NCBI GenBank assembly: GCA_013416795.1
Contig: RQSC01000006.1
Location: forward strand, 196,533 to 254,412
DNA: 57,880 bases
From: Prasinococcaceae sp. CCMP 1430
Taxonomy: Eukaryota > Plantae > Prasinodermophyta
Direction: 5' to 3'
The position numbers and the translations under genes were made by a program. Shown piece after piece: positions 11,696-22,537 of the stretch. The notes under the pieces are model-generated. The model saw only the letters and a program-made list of their open reading frames with translations. It made no database searches and was not told where the DNA came from. The first letter of the stretch is position 1. The number at the start of each line of letters is the position of its first letter.

Positions 11696-11779
11696 GAAGA
11701 AGGTGCCGAACCCATCGAGCGTGGACGCGCGGAGAATGTATGCGGACGACAAGGGTGTGCTTGGCTCCTCGAGAGCGCA
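11696..11779 (-). pseudogene. Degenerate coding relic, copy B (homologous to 8619-8706)
   Basis: Reads CALEEPSTPLSSAYILRASTLDGFGTFF. A stop lies just upstream and there is no ATG. Confidence 0.45.
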
Positions 11780-12049
11780 TAGCTACAGGTCGCCGCGTGC
11801 GGCGCCTCGATGGTCTATGTGCGTACATACTTAACCAACGTGACCCTCGCGCTGGACAGTCAGTGCATCGCGTCGCATGTGCAGCTCTCTGTGTCTGAAG
11901 CCTCGGACACGAGCGGCGCGAGCGCCAGTCCGGCAGTGGCGATCAGTGAAGGCTCGCTCCCCCGCCCGCCCGAGACCGTGAGCGCGCGCTGACTGACGCC
12001 TCCCCGCGTGTCCGCGAGTGTGCATGTGGGGCGACGACACGACGCCGTT

Positions 12050-12276
12050 GGAGCGCCCACGCAATCTCCGGAGGAGATCCCAACGTGTGCACGTTGCGCT
12101 GAGTCAGCACACGTTCGATCGATGATGCAAGCGCGTGCCGGTGCGCTCGCGCGTGGGAGTGTTGGCGCGCGTTGGACGGCGCGTTACGCCGCCACAGGAG
12201 CGCCCACGCAATCTTCGGAGCGCGCGCCAACGTGCACACGTTGCGCTGAGTCAGCTACACGTTCATCCGATGACGC
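12050..12276. repeat. Two diverged ~80-bp direct repeats, 147-bp period
   Basis: GGAGCGCCCACGCAATCT...CACGTTGCGCTGAGTCAGC at 12050 and 12197. Confidence 0.85.
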
Positions 12277-12760
12277 GTCTGGCTCCGTCTCTGGCGGCGG
12301 GCCGTTTCGATCCGATTCGGTACCTGTCCCATCGCAGCGAATCCAATCGGAACGTAGACAGACACATGCTCTCAACTCGCGTGGGTGTGTGTGCATGCGT
12401 TCGCGCATGTGTGTGTGTGTGCCAGTGCGTGTGCCTGGGGTGGTGTGCGGCGCGCGCGCGTGTCTCTGCGCTGGCGACGGTGAAACACTGTTTCGCGCAA
12501 TTCTCAATTTCTGTCATGTTTTTTTAATCGGCGGCGCAAGAGCACGAGGGCCCGGAAGCTCGGGGCTCCCCTGGCGGCGCGCCCGCCCGAATCCGAGTCA
12601 GAGGTCCGAGTCAGGCTCCTGGGAGCCAACAATCTCCGCCCGAATCCGCGGACAGGCGGCCCCGAATTGGCACCCCAACCGCGCAATTTCGCGGCTCCGA
12701 CACACCAAAGCTTCGTTTGTTGCGCCGCGTTCGAGTCGACGCGATTTTGATTCGATCCGT

Positions 12761-12943
12761 TTCGATGCAATCAATCCAATGAGAGCATTCTGTCACGAAC
12801 CCTATTAACTGTACACGTACGTGTACGTTTCTGATTCGATGCAATCAAATCCAATGAGAGCATTGTGTCAGGAACCCTATTAACTGTACGTTTCTGATTC
12901 GATGCAATCAAATCCAATGAGAGCATTCTGTCAGGAACCCTAT
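12761..12943. repeat. Three tandem ~63-bp AT-rich units
   Basis: TTCGATGCAATCAAATCCAATGAGAGCATTCTGTCAGGAACCCTAT starts at 12761, 12835 and 12898. The first junction carries the perfect palindrome GTACACGTACGTGTAC. Confidence 0.9.
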
Positions 12944-13141
12944 GTATTTACGGTTGGGTGGGTGGGTCGGCAAACGTTTCTCAGGAGTGCTTCCGATCGG
13001 TCGGGGTCGGCGCGCGACGCGCACCGCGCGCGCGCGCGCGCGCGCGCGGTGCCACTCCCTGCGCCTCCCGGAGCGCCGCCGCAGCGTTGGGAAGCCTCGC
13101 CGACTCCGTGCGCATCAGACCCCACCCCATCCCCAAGCGCA

Positions 13142-14530
13142 ATGACGGCACTCTGTCGCCGCCCGGCCGTGGCGCTGGTGGGCCTCATCCTGGCGTCGAT
13201 CGGCGCGCGCGTGAGCGCCGAGGTCACGGCGTGTGCCGCCGCGGACGAGCCCTGCAAGAAGAAGGTGGGCTGCTGCGACGGCAGCCTCGTGTGCGCCAAG
13301 GCCCCCGGGGCCAGCTCGAAGACGTGCATCCCGCCGTGCGTCGGCGCAGGTGAGCTCTGCAACAAGAAGGTGGGCTGCTGCGATGAGAACCTCGTGTGCG
13401 TCAAGGCCCCCGGGGCCAGCTCGAAGACGTGCGTGCCGCCGTGCGCCGACGCGGGCGAGCCCTGCTCCAAGAAAGTGGACTGCTGCCATGAGGATGCCGT
13501 GTGCGCCAAGGCCCCCGGCGACAGCTCGAAGACGTGCATATGCCCTGATACTCCTGAACCAGCTGTCGACCTGTGCGAGGAGGTGCTGTGCAACGCTCTG
13601 TACTGCGAGGGCCCCTGCAATCCTACCACCGGCGAATGCGAGCCGCTGGAAGACGGCGTACCCTGCGGCAGCGGCAGCGAGACTGGCAAGTGTATCTCCG
13701 GCGGCTGCGGCATAGAGATCATCACTCCCGATGGCCCAGGGGTGCTTGTGTGCGACACGGTCACTTGCGACGAGTGCAACGTGTGCAACCCTGACGACGG
13801 AGAGTGCGTCCCTGCGCTTGACGACGACGGTCTACCATGCGGCAGCGACGGTGGCAAGTGCGAGGCTGGAGGCTGCGTCAAGGAGATCGAGTTTGAGGTA
13901 GAGACCGTCGACCCGTGCCGCGATGTGACGTGCGACGGCCTCTGCGAGGGTCCCTGCAATATTGCGACCGGCGAATGCGAGCTGCTCGAAGACGGCGTGC
14001 CCTGCGGCGGCAGCGACGGTGGCAAGTGCGAGTCTGGAAGCTGCGTCAAGGAGATCGAGTTTGAGGTAGAGACCGTCGACCCGTGCGAGGGGGTGCTGTG
14101 CAACGCTCTGTACTGCGAGGGTCCCTGCAATCCTACCACCGGCGAATGCGAGCCGATGGAAGACGGCGTGCCTTGCGGCAGCGGCAGCGAGACTGGCAAG
14201 TGTGTCTCCGGCGGTTGCGGCATAGAGATCATCACTCCCGATGGCCCAGGGGTGCTTGTGTGCGACACGGTCACTTGCGACGAGTGCAACGTGTGCAACC
14301 CTGACGACGGAGAGTGCGTCCCTGCGCCTGAAGACGACGGTCTACCATGCGGCAGCGGCGATGACCTCGGCACGTGCGAGGCTGGCACCTGTGCGTGCCG
14401 CTGCCAAAACGGCGGCACCTGCGCAACGGAACAGCTCGGAAACGGCGACGTCGGTGTCATCTGCAATTGCATCGGCGAGTGGGCGGGTCCGCTCTGCGAC
14501 ATCATCTTCTTGGTTGACGCTGGCAAATGA
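13142..14530 (+). CDS. Secreted Cys-rich mosaic protein: signal peptide, 3 knottin-like modules, 5 Cys repeats, C-terminal EGF-like module; 462 aa, intronless
   Basis: Hydrophobic N-terminus, three C-x6-C-x5-CC-x4-C-x10-C modules, repeats of type CxxVxC...CNPxxGEC...DGxPC...C..G.C, an internal duplication with 510-bp offset, and terminal CRCQNGGTC...CNC...AGPLC. Confidence 0.85.
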   Translation: MTALCRRPAVALVGLILASIGARVSAEVTACAAADEPCKKKVGCCDGSLVCAKAPGASSKTCIPPCVGAGELCNKKVGCCDENLVCVKAPGASSKTCVPPCADAGEPCSKKVDCCHEDAVCAKAPGDSSKTCICPDTPEPAVDLCEEVLCNALYCEGPCNPTTGECEPLEDGVPCGSGSETGKCISGGCGIEIITPDGPGVLVCDTVTCDECNVCNPDDGECVPALDDDGLPCGSDGGKCEAGGCVKEIEFEVETVDPCRDVTCDGLCEGPCNIATGECELLEDGVPCGGSDGGKCESGSCVKEIEFEVETVDPCEGVLCNALYCEGPCNPTTGECEPMEDGVPCGSGSETGKCVSGGCGIEIITPDGPGVLVCDTVTCDECNVCNPDDGECVPAPEDDGLPCGSGDDLGTCEAGTCACRCQNGGTCATEQLGNGDVGVICNCIGEWAGPLCDIIFLVDAGK

Positions 14531-15311
14531 GGATCGATGCCAGAGAGTCCGAGATGGCCAAGCACTTCTCGCGATGACCGCGTCTGAGCGAGTTCCTCCC
14601 ATGCGCGGGGGAGGAGGAGGTGAGAGGGCGACGCGCATCTTGGCGACGAAGGTTGTGAGAGAGCGACGGGAGTCGCGCGCAGTTCTTCCCGTCGATTACA
14701 GAGAGGCCAAGATTTGCCGGCGTCCCTCGCGAGCCGGGGCGCACGACGCGTGGAGAGTGAGAGAACGGATTCGCGCACCCGCCGTGCTCGGCATCGCCTC
14801 TGCGATGACTGACCGCACCACCCACCGCCGACACGCCTTAATGCGCCGGAACGTGCACGGCGCGCATGTAGGCAACGAAGGATAAGAGAGGTGAGAGCGG
14901 CGAGCCACACGCCTCGTAACGGTGCTTCACACCGCATCATGCCGACCGCACCACCGAGCTGCCGGCGACGCCCGCGCCATGCGCGCGCCGCGTGCGCGTC
15001 TCTCTCTCTCTCGCGCGCGCGCTGGCACGCACGAGGCGCCGGCGGCGGCGCGCCGTCCTCGCACGCGCCTCGGAGAGCGCGGCCTCGCACCTCGGCGCGC
15101 GCTCTCCAGCCCCCTGGGTGGCTCCCAGTCGGGGGGGGGGGGGGTCGCTCACGCTCGGCCCTTTGCGCAACGAGTTTGTGTACTTGGTATCACAGCGACA
15201 ACGCAGGGAAAATAATAACGGGCGCGGAGAGGCGGTGCGCTACAGCGCGCGCGCGCGGAGTGTGTGTGCGTGCGTGTGCGTGTGTGTGTTTGTGCGCGTG
15301 TGTGTGTCACG

Positions 15312-15351
<40 letters not shown>

Positions 15352-15493
15352 TGTGTATGTGTCACCTCTCTCTGTGTGTGTGTGTGTGTGCGCACGCGCG
15401 CGTGTGTGTGTCAGTGTGGGTGCGTGCGTGCGTGCGTGCGCGCAAGCGCGCGCAAGCGGGTGCCAGCAGGCCCCTGCCTGCGCGCCCTCGCGC

Positions 15494-16231
15494 ATGTCTC
15501 CTCCGCCCGCGACGTTCGAGTCGGCGCTCCTCGGCGACGCGTTGTGCGCGCTCGCGCCGCGGCTGCGCNNNNNNNNNNNNNNNNNNNNNNNNNNNNNNNN
15601 NNNNNNNNNNNNNNNNNNNNNNNNNNNNNNNNNNNNNNNNNNNNNNNNNNNNNNNNNNNNNNNNNNNNNNNNNNNNNNNNNNNNNNNNNNNNNNNNNNNN
15701 NNNNNNNNNNNNNNNNNNCGCCGCCGCCGCCGAAGGGGGAGGGCGCAGGTGCGCGCGCGGGCGCCGGCGCGGGCGCCACGCGCGTTTGCAACGCGCGCCC
15801 GAGACACACGGCGCATGCACACGCGGCGCCTGCCCACACACACACGCACGCAAGCATACACACACACACACACACACTTGCGTCCACGTAATCACACACG
15901 CGTACACACACATGCACACACACACACACACACATGCTCACGCGCGCGCGCGCGCACACACACACACACACACAAACACACAGGGCGCGGCGGCTTCAGC
16001 CTCGCGCCGCCCCGCGCGACGCCCGCGGTGGACTTCGACACGCTGCTCGAGGCGGAGGCGGCGCTCACCGACGCCGAGGCGAGGCTCGAGGACATCGACG
16101 GCGCGCCGAGGTGCGTGTGTGTCTGCACGAGCGGATGGGTGTGCGCATGTCTGGCTCTGCTCGTGTAGCCCCTCACATTTGCGTCCACAGAACACATTTG
16201 TGGGCGCGTGCGCGCTGGTGTTGACTTCCAT

Positions 16232-16273
<42 letters not shown>

Positions 16274-16707
16274 AAACATACGCACACACACACACACACA
16301 CACACACGCTCCCAAACGCGCAGGCATCTCGCGGTGGCCGACCTCGCCGACGGCCTGCTGGACTCGCGCGTGGCGGGCGCCGTGTGCGCGCTGGTGCTCG
16401 CTCGGCACCTGCGCGCCCGCGCCCGCTCCTGCGGCAATGAATGCGCACACGCACACGCACACGCACACGCACACGCACACGCGCACACACACGCACACGC
16501 ACACACACACGCACTCGCGCACACGCGTGCGTCGTGCGACGCGCGCGAGGTGCGCGTGCTCGTGTGGGAGCTCGGGCGCCTTATGCTGCACGCCGGCTGG
16601 CGCGCGCAGGACGACATGCGCACCCACGCCTTCGCCGTGCGGGAGCTCTTCGAGGGCGGCGACGGGAGGTGCGTGGCGTGGCGCCGCGCGGAGGAGTGTG
16701 TGTGTGC

Positions 16708-16768
<61 letters not shown>

Positions 16769-17031
16769 GGCGTGTGTGTGCTGAGTACGTGTGCTTGTTG
16801 CGTGCATTCGCTTGTGTCATTGGCTTGGGTGTGTGCACAAACTCACACACACACACACGTTCACGCACACACACACACACACACGTTCACACACACGTTC
16901 ACGCTCACACACACTCACACAGCCCGTGGGGCTTCGGCAGCCCCGCCGCCCTGCGCGCCCACCGCGCGCTCGACCGCGGCGTGCGCGACGAGGTGCGGCG
17001 CATCGCCGTCATGCCCACCTACGCCGACTGA
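15494..17031 (+). CDS. Hypothetical multi-exon protein interrupted by an N gap
   Basis: Codon-like exons ([10 protein letters not shown]..., [13 protein letters not shown]..., [14 protein letters not shown]..., [18 protein letters not shown]..., WGFGSPAAL...MPTYAD*) separated by GT-AG microsatellite introns. Confidence 0.6.
15569..15718. other. Assembly gap (N run)
   Basis: Run of n characters. Confidence 1.
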
Positions 17032-17062
17032 GGCCCCCCTGTGCAGCGTACTGTACGGTCGT

Positions 17063-17389
17063 CTACAGTAGGACTAGGCTAGTGTAGTACTGCACGGTCC
17101 TCTCAGCAACCGAATTCGCCATCTCCAGATCCCCTTGCACCTCGCCGAGCTTCAGTTGCAAAGCGTCGCGCGCCTCGGTGCTCGACACGAGGTCGAACTT
17201 GGCCTCGTCAAGCTCCACCTCGGTAGCCGACTGCTTCGCCGTCAGCTCCTCCATGGTGGATCTGACCCGCTGCAGCTCTCCCTGCGCACTGGTGAGCACC
17301 TCCGCGCTGCGGTCGAGCATCACCGCCTTGGCAGAGAGCTCGTACGTACGTTCCGGGTTACTGCGTTGAGCGCTAATAAGGGTGCACAC
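17063..17389 (-). pseudogene. Coiled-coil-coding fragment without a clear start
   Basis: Heptad-like ELQRVRSTMEELTAKQSATEVELDEAKFDL...; the ORF-track start is not an ATG. Confidence 0.35.
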
Positions 17390-17458
17390 ACAATGTACAG
17401 TAGGGTCCCATGTTGTTTGTCAAACCCTACTCAAATTACCCATACTGTGCGCCTGACA

Positions 17459-17840
17459 TGACGCTGCGAGCCTGTGTGCGTGGTGTGTGTGTGTGCAATC
17501 GCGCGCGCGCGTGTGCAATTCCGCACGCGCGGCTGTGCCTCGCAGCGCTTCCCCCCCCGCGCTCGCACGCGCAGACAGCGCGCGCGCTTCAAACGTCGTT
17601 TTGTGTTGCACATGTACCCACGGGCGAGTCTATGTCTGGAGCGCGCGTGCGTGTGCGTGCGTGTGCGCATGTGTGCTTGCGTGTGTGCAATTGCGCGTCC
17701 GTGCGTGCGTGCGTGCGTGCGCTCGTGCGCTCGTGTGCGCAATGCATTGCGGGTGTGTGACGCTGCGAGTGTGTGCGCGCGTGTGGGCAATTCCGCACGT
17801 GCGGCTGTGCCTCGCGGCACTTTCCCCCCCGCGCGCGCGC
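17459..17840. repeat. Diverged ~85-110-bp direct repeat pair
   Basis: TGACGCTGCGAG...GCAATTCCGCACG(C/T)GCGGCTGTGCCTCGC...TTCCCCCCC at ~17459 and ~17758. Confidence 0.75.
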
Positions 17841-18349
17841 GCGCTGGCGCGCGCGCGCCACGCGCCGCGTCGCGGCGCGGTCGCGGTCGCGCGGCGCGGT
17901 CGCCCGCCCCATCGGTGGGTCGGTCGGACGCAGGATGAGGATGAGGACGGGGCGCGGCCCCGTCGTTGCCTGCTGACTGGCCGGACTGCCTCGAGCCAGC
18001 GCTCGTCCGCTCGTGTGCCGCTCGGCCAACGCGACGCGCTCGGACTCGAGCTTTTGATGGGCTCGGGCGCAATTTTGGTGCGATTCGGTCGGCGCGCGCG
18101 CGGCGGCGGCGGGGGAGCCTGCCATAAGTCCGGCCGGTCGCGATGAGCTCGCCCGTTGGGAAAATACACATTTATTTGAACGTTGTTCCAGTGGCGTCGA
18201 GAGTGCCACGCGCGCGCGCGCGCGTGCCCGGTGCACGCGCGCTTTTTCGTCGGCGCGATTTTTTGCGGGGCGCTTTGGGCCGCGCGTTTCGATCGCGGTC
18301 GCAAAAGATCGGCGGGCCGCGCGCGACGCGGCGTGGGCGTGGGTGTGGC

Positions 18350-18416
<67 letters not shown>

Positions 18417-18435
18417 CACTGTGTGTGTGTGTGTG

Positions 18436-18469
<34 letters not shown>

Positions 18470-18636
18470 AAGGAGGCGAGGGTACGAGGGCGAGGCGCCG
18501 CCGCAGCGCCAGTGTGTGCACGCGTCGCGCGTGCAGGCGCGCTCGCAGCAGTCACTTGCTCGTTCTCGTTCGCGCGCGCGCACGCACGCCTCGCGCGCTC
18601 GCGTCCGCCGCGTCCGCGGGCGCGTGAGAGGCCGCC

Positions 18637-19670
18637 ATGATGGCCGCGAGGCCGTTTCTCAAAGCTTGGCGCGCGGCCGCGCCGCGGCGCTCCGCCGCCG
18701 TGTGCGCGGGCAGCGGCAACAACAGGAAGCTGAGGGACCTCGAGAAGCGCCTCGAGCGCGGCCGCCAGCGCCTCGAGCAGATCGAGATGGCGCGCGAGGT
18801 CGAGGAGGGCGGCGGCGAGCTGCCGCCCCGCCCCGCCGAGGACGCGGCGGAGCGACTGGAGCTGGCGGCGGAGGCAATGGAGCTTCCGGCGTGGGAGGGG
18901 CCCGACGAGGGCTTCGAAGACTGTGCGTGCAATGCGCGTGTGTGTCTATGGGTGCTTGTCTGTGTGTGTGTGTTGTGTAAGGCTGTGCGTGCAATGCGTG
19001 TGTGTGCATGGGTGCTTGTCGGTGCGTGCGTTGTGTGTAAGGCTGCTCGCGTGCACGAGCGCGCGCGCTACCGTGCGATGCCGTGCGCGTCGCTTGTGCT
19101 GACACGCGCGCGCGCGCGTGCGTGCGCACATTACAAAGGGTTCGGCTTCAGGTCGTGGGGGCCCGAGGTGGTGAACGGCCGCCTCGCCATGCTCGGCTTC
19201 GTGGCGGGCGCCGCCGCGGAGATGAACTCGGGCCAGACGGCGCTCTCGCAGTTCACCGACTCCCACTTGGCGTTCATCATCGCCACGGCGCACATCATGC
19301 TCGCGTCGTACATCCCCATCATCAACGGCGAAAAGTCGGCGGCGCCGGAGACCATGGAGGAGGGCATGTGGAAGGCGTCCTCGGAGCTCCAGAAGTGCGT
19401 CGCGCGCGCGCGCACAGACGCATGCGCGCTTGCGCTTGCGCGCTGCCGGTCGAGGGGAGGCGCTGGCCTCCCTGCATACGCGCCGACGCGGAGCTACGAC
19501 ACCCGCGCTGACGTCGACGCGCTGACCGGACCCACGCACGCTCTTTCTCTCCCCCCCCCCCCGTTTCCTTCTCATGCGCCCTCGCCGCCTCGTGCAGCGG
19601 CCGCGCCGCCATGGTCGGCCTGACCTGCATGTTCGTGCAGGAGGCCATCACCGGGACGCCCGTCTTCTAA
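18637..19670 (+). CDS. ELIP: Early light-induced protein (ELIP/Cbr, LHC superfamily), 3 exons
   Basis: Two chlorophyll-binding motifs, PEVVNGRLAMLGFVAGAAAE and (spliced) SELQNGRAAMVGL. N-terminus resembles a transit peptide, and intron phases are consistent. Confidence 0.88.
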
Positions 19671-20050
19671 GCGCGCGAGAGAGCGTAGTAGTGAGGAGGG
19701 TGTGTCGCACGGCGCTGCTGGTCATGGCTGCTCTGCTCTCCTATGACATGCCCACGCGCTGGCACGTGCCACATTGGCGAGACGTAATTACTGAACGAGT
19801 GCCCGCACGCCCGAGCGAGCGAGCGTCGTGCGCGCGGGCGTCGAGTGTGTGTGTTTGTGTGCATCGCAGTAGAATGTGTGTGGGCGCCCCTTGGCATGCG
19901 CGCGCGTGCGAGAGGCGTCGCGCAGGCCTCGACGGTGGTTGTGGTGGGCAGCACCGGCGCCAGGTCCGCTCGCCACCACGCGTGCGCGACCCAGCGAGTG
20001 CACCGCCCCCTCGCGGCCCTCAGCGCCGGCCGCCTCAGCGCCCGGCCGCC

Positions 20051-21140
20051 TCAGCGCCCGTCGGCCTCCGCCTCGGCCTCGCGCGAGCAGATGAGCGCGT
20101 AGTTGCCGCCGAGGTAGTGGCCCTTGCGGAGGTCCTCGCACGCGTCGGCCTCGGCGCGCACTTCGCGTATCCGCTCGAGCAGCGCGGCCGACAGGGCGGG
20201 GTTGGGCACGCGCTTGGCCTCCGCCTCCGCCCAGGCGAGCTGGCCCGACAGGCTGCGCACGGTGTGGCGTATGCGGAAGAACGCGCGCGCGTCCACCCTG
20301 AGGCCGCGCCGCGCGAGGGACTCGCGGATGGCCCGCTCTGGGAACTCGCGGTACGCGCGCTGGTGCGAGAGCAGCATCGCGCCGTCGCGCAGCCGCTCCG
20401 TCTCCAGCACGAGCCTGGACGCCTCGGGCAGGGCGTCAAAGCTCTTCGAGGGGTACTCGAAGGGCTCGCGCCCGATGAAGAGCAGCGTGCCGCCCGGGGC
20501 GATGCGCTCGACCAGGAGGTCCATCAGGTTCTCCTCGTTGAAGGGCCAGAAGTACTCCAGCGAGCCGAAGAGGTAGTCCGCCAGCACCGTGTCGAACTCG
20601 CCCATCGCGCGCGCGTAGGGCAGCCCCTCGCCGGCCTCGGAGGCGCCTGCGTCGCCGGCGACGCCGCCGGCGCCATTCGGGCCGTCGACGGCTCGGGCGT
20701 CGGCGCCGACGCCGACGTCCTTTATCTTGCTCCAGTTGTGGACCATGACGATGTCCTCCGTGCGCACGCCGTACATCTCCTCGCCCAGCTCGCGCAGCAT
20801 GCGGTCGCGCATCGACGCCGACGCGGTCACGGCGACGGTGTTCTCCCAGTCGCACGCGAGCGACGCCACCCACTTGAGCGAGTCGACGCCCGTGCCGGCG
20901 TCCAGGACGCGGCCCCAGTCGTGCTCTCGCGCGCCGCCCCCCTCGCGCGCGAGCCAGTCCCACAGCTGGTCCTTGGACGGCGGCGCCCGCGCCGCGCGCC
21001 GCACGCGCGCCTTCGACGGCGCGGGCCTCCTCGCGCACCGATTGCGGCCGCCATCGCGGAGCGCGCGCGCGTGCGCGCAGGGGCACGCCCCGCGCCCCCT
21101 TCCGCAGCGTCCCCTCCCTGCGAGGAGGGAACCGATGCAC
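20051..21140 (-). CDS. Class I SAM-dependent methyltransferase of an uncharacterised, mostly bacterial-type family; start uncertain
   Basis: WGRVLDAGTG (motif I), EFDTVLADYLFG, LLFIGREP and RLRDGAMLLSHQRAYREFP. No intron across the catalytic region. Confidence 0.75.
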
Positions 21141-21416
21141 CGCACGCGCGCCCTGTGGCGTCCCTCCCTCCCCTGACTACTCCCCCCACCCACCCCCACC
21201 CCGAGCCCTCACGCGCGTGGCCGCCACGCGCCGCGCGGGCGCGCGCCCCCCGCATGCGTTTTGACATAGATTTGGAGTTTAGGTTTGGGTTTGAAGGTTC
21301 GTATACAGGGTTTATATTCGGATTTCGGTTGACCTTTGGGATAAGTACGTAATAGGGTCCAATACTTTTGCGACTTTTGCGCACGCGGGATTGCGTGTGT
21401 GTGAGTGGTTGTTGCT

Positions 21417-21482
<66 letters not shown>

Positions 21483-21519
21483 TCTCTTTCTCTCTCTCTC
21501 TTTCTCTCTCTGTCTCTCT

Positions 21520-21606
<87 letters not shown>

Positions 21607-21761
21607 CGACGGTCTCGGAACCCGCGAAGGCCTCGAGGTCGGAGGTCGGAGGGAGGTCGCCCTCGGGGGCCTCGACACGTCAGCAACAACGGCCGCGGAT
21701 TCGTTACGAGGGGAGTCGGCACGTGGGTGCGCAAGTGTGTGTGTGTGTGTGTGTGTGTGAC

Positions 21762-21856
<95 letters not shown>

Positions 21857-22038
21857 TGGTGGCGGTGGGGGTTGGAAGTTGGGGTTAGATGGGGTGGGCA
21901 GTTGAGGAGGGAGCGAACGTGGGCGCATGGGTCCACGGCGACGAATTCTTCACGTCAGCGCGGCGACCCGAGGGCGAGGGGCGAGAGGCGCGCACGCGCC
22001 CCCGTGCGCGCGTCCTCCGCATGCAGCGCGACACGCAC

Positions 22039-22345
22039 CGTGAACTTGACATCGTAGAGTTCCAGCACGCGGCAGGCCATATTGGAGAAACCGCACTGCG
22101 GCGCGTTGGGCGTACCCTTCATGAATAGCACCACGTCGTCCCCCTCCACCATCTCCGCAATGCGTGCCTGCACGTCGGCGTCCTCGCCCGCCGCCGACTG
22201 CGGCGCGAAGTCGCTGTGCGAGCCGCCGTTCGCGCCGCCCTCGGCCGCGTACGCGCACCGGCGCGTCGAGACGCACACGACGGTCGTCGCGGAGGTGCCG
22301 TCGACCGCCACGCCGACGGCGCGCGCGCGCGCCTCCGCGGGGAGG

Positions 22346-22410
<65 letters not shown>

Positions 22411-22537
22411 TATGTGTGTGTAGCTAGCTAGGAGGTTGCGCAACGCGAGCTCTCCGATGCGCGTGGGCGACACACGCCCGATGCTGCACGCAGATCGGCA
22501 CAGCACTACACAACTACACGAAGGCGCCCGCGCTCAT
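22039..22537 (-). CDS. GRX5: Monothiol CGFS glutaredoxin (GRX5/GRXS15-like), 5' half only visible
   Basis: SHSDFAP and VVLFMKGTPNAPQCGFSNMACRVL, then a GT donor at 22038. No exon encoding WPTxPQ/GGCD was found downstream. Confidence 0.75.

Noticed and set aside
11066-11752. 228-aa minus-strand ORF as one real gene or a PHPT1 N-terminal fusion
   Set aside because: Non-ATG start, a low-complexity Ala/Gly/Arg body, and no phase-compatible splice into PHPT1 found.
12761-12943. Possible CRISPR array
   Set aside because: Units are contiguous with no unique spacers, there are no cas genes, and the context is eukaryotic.
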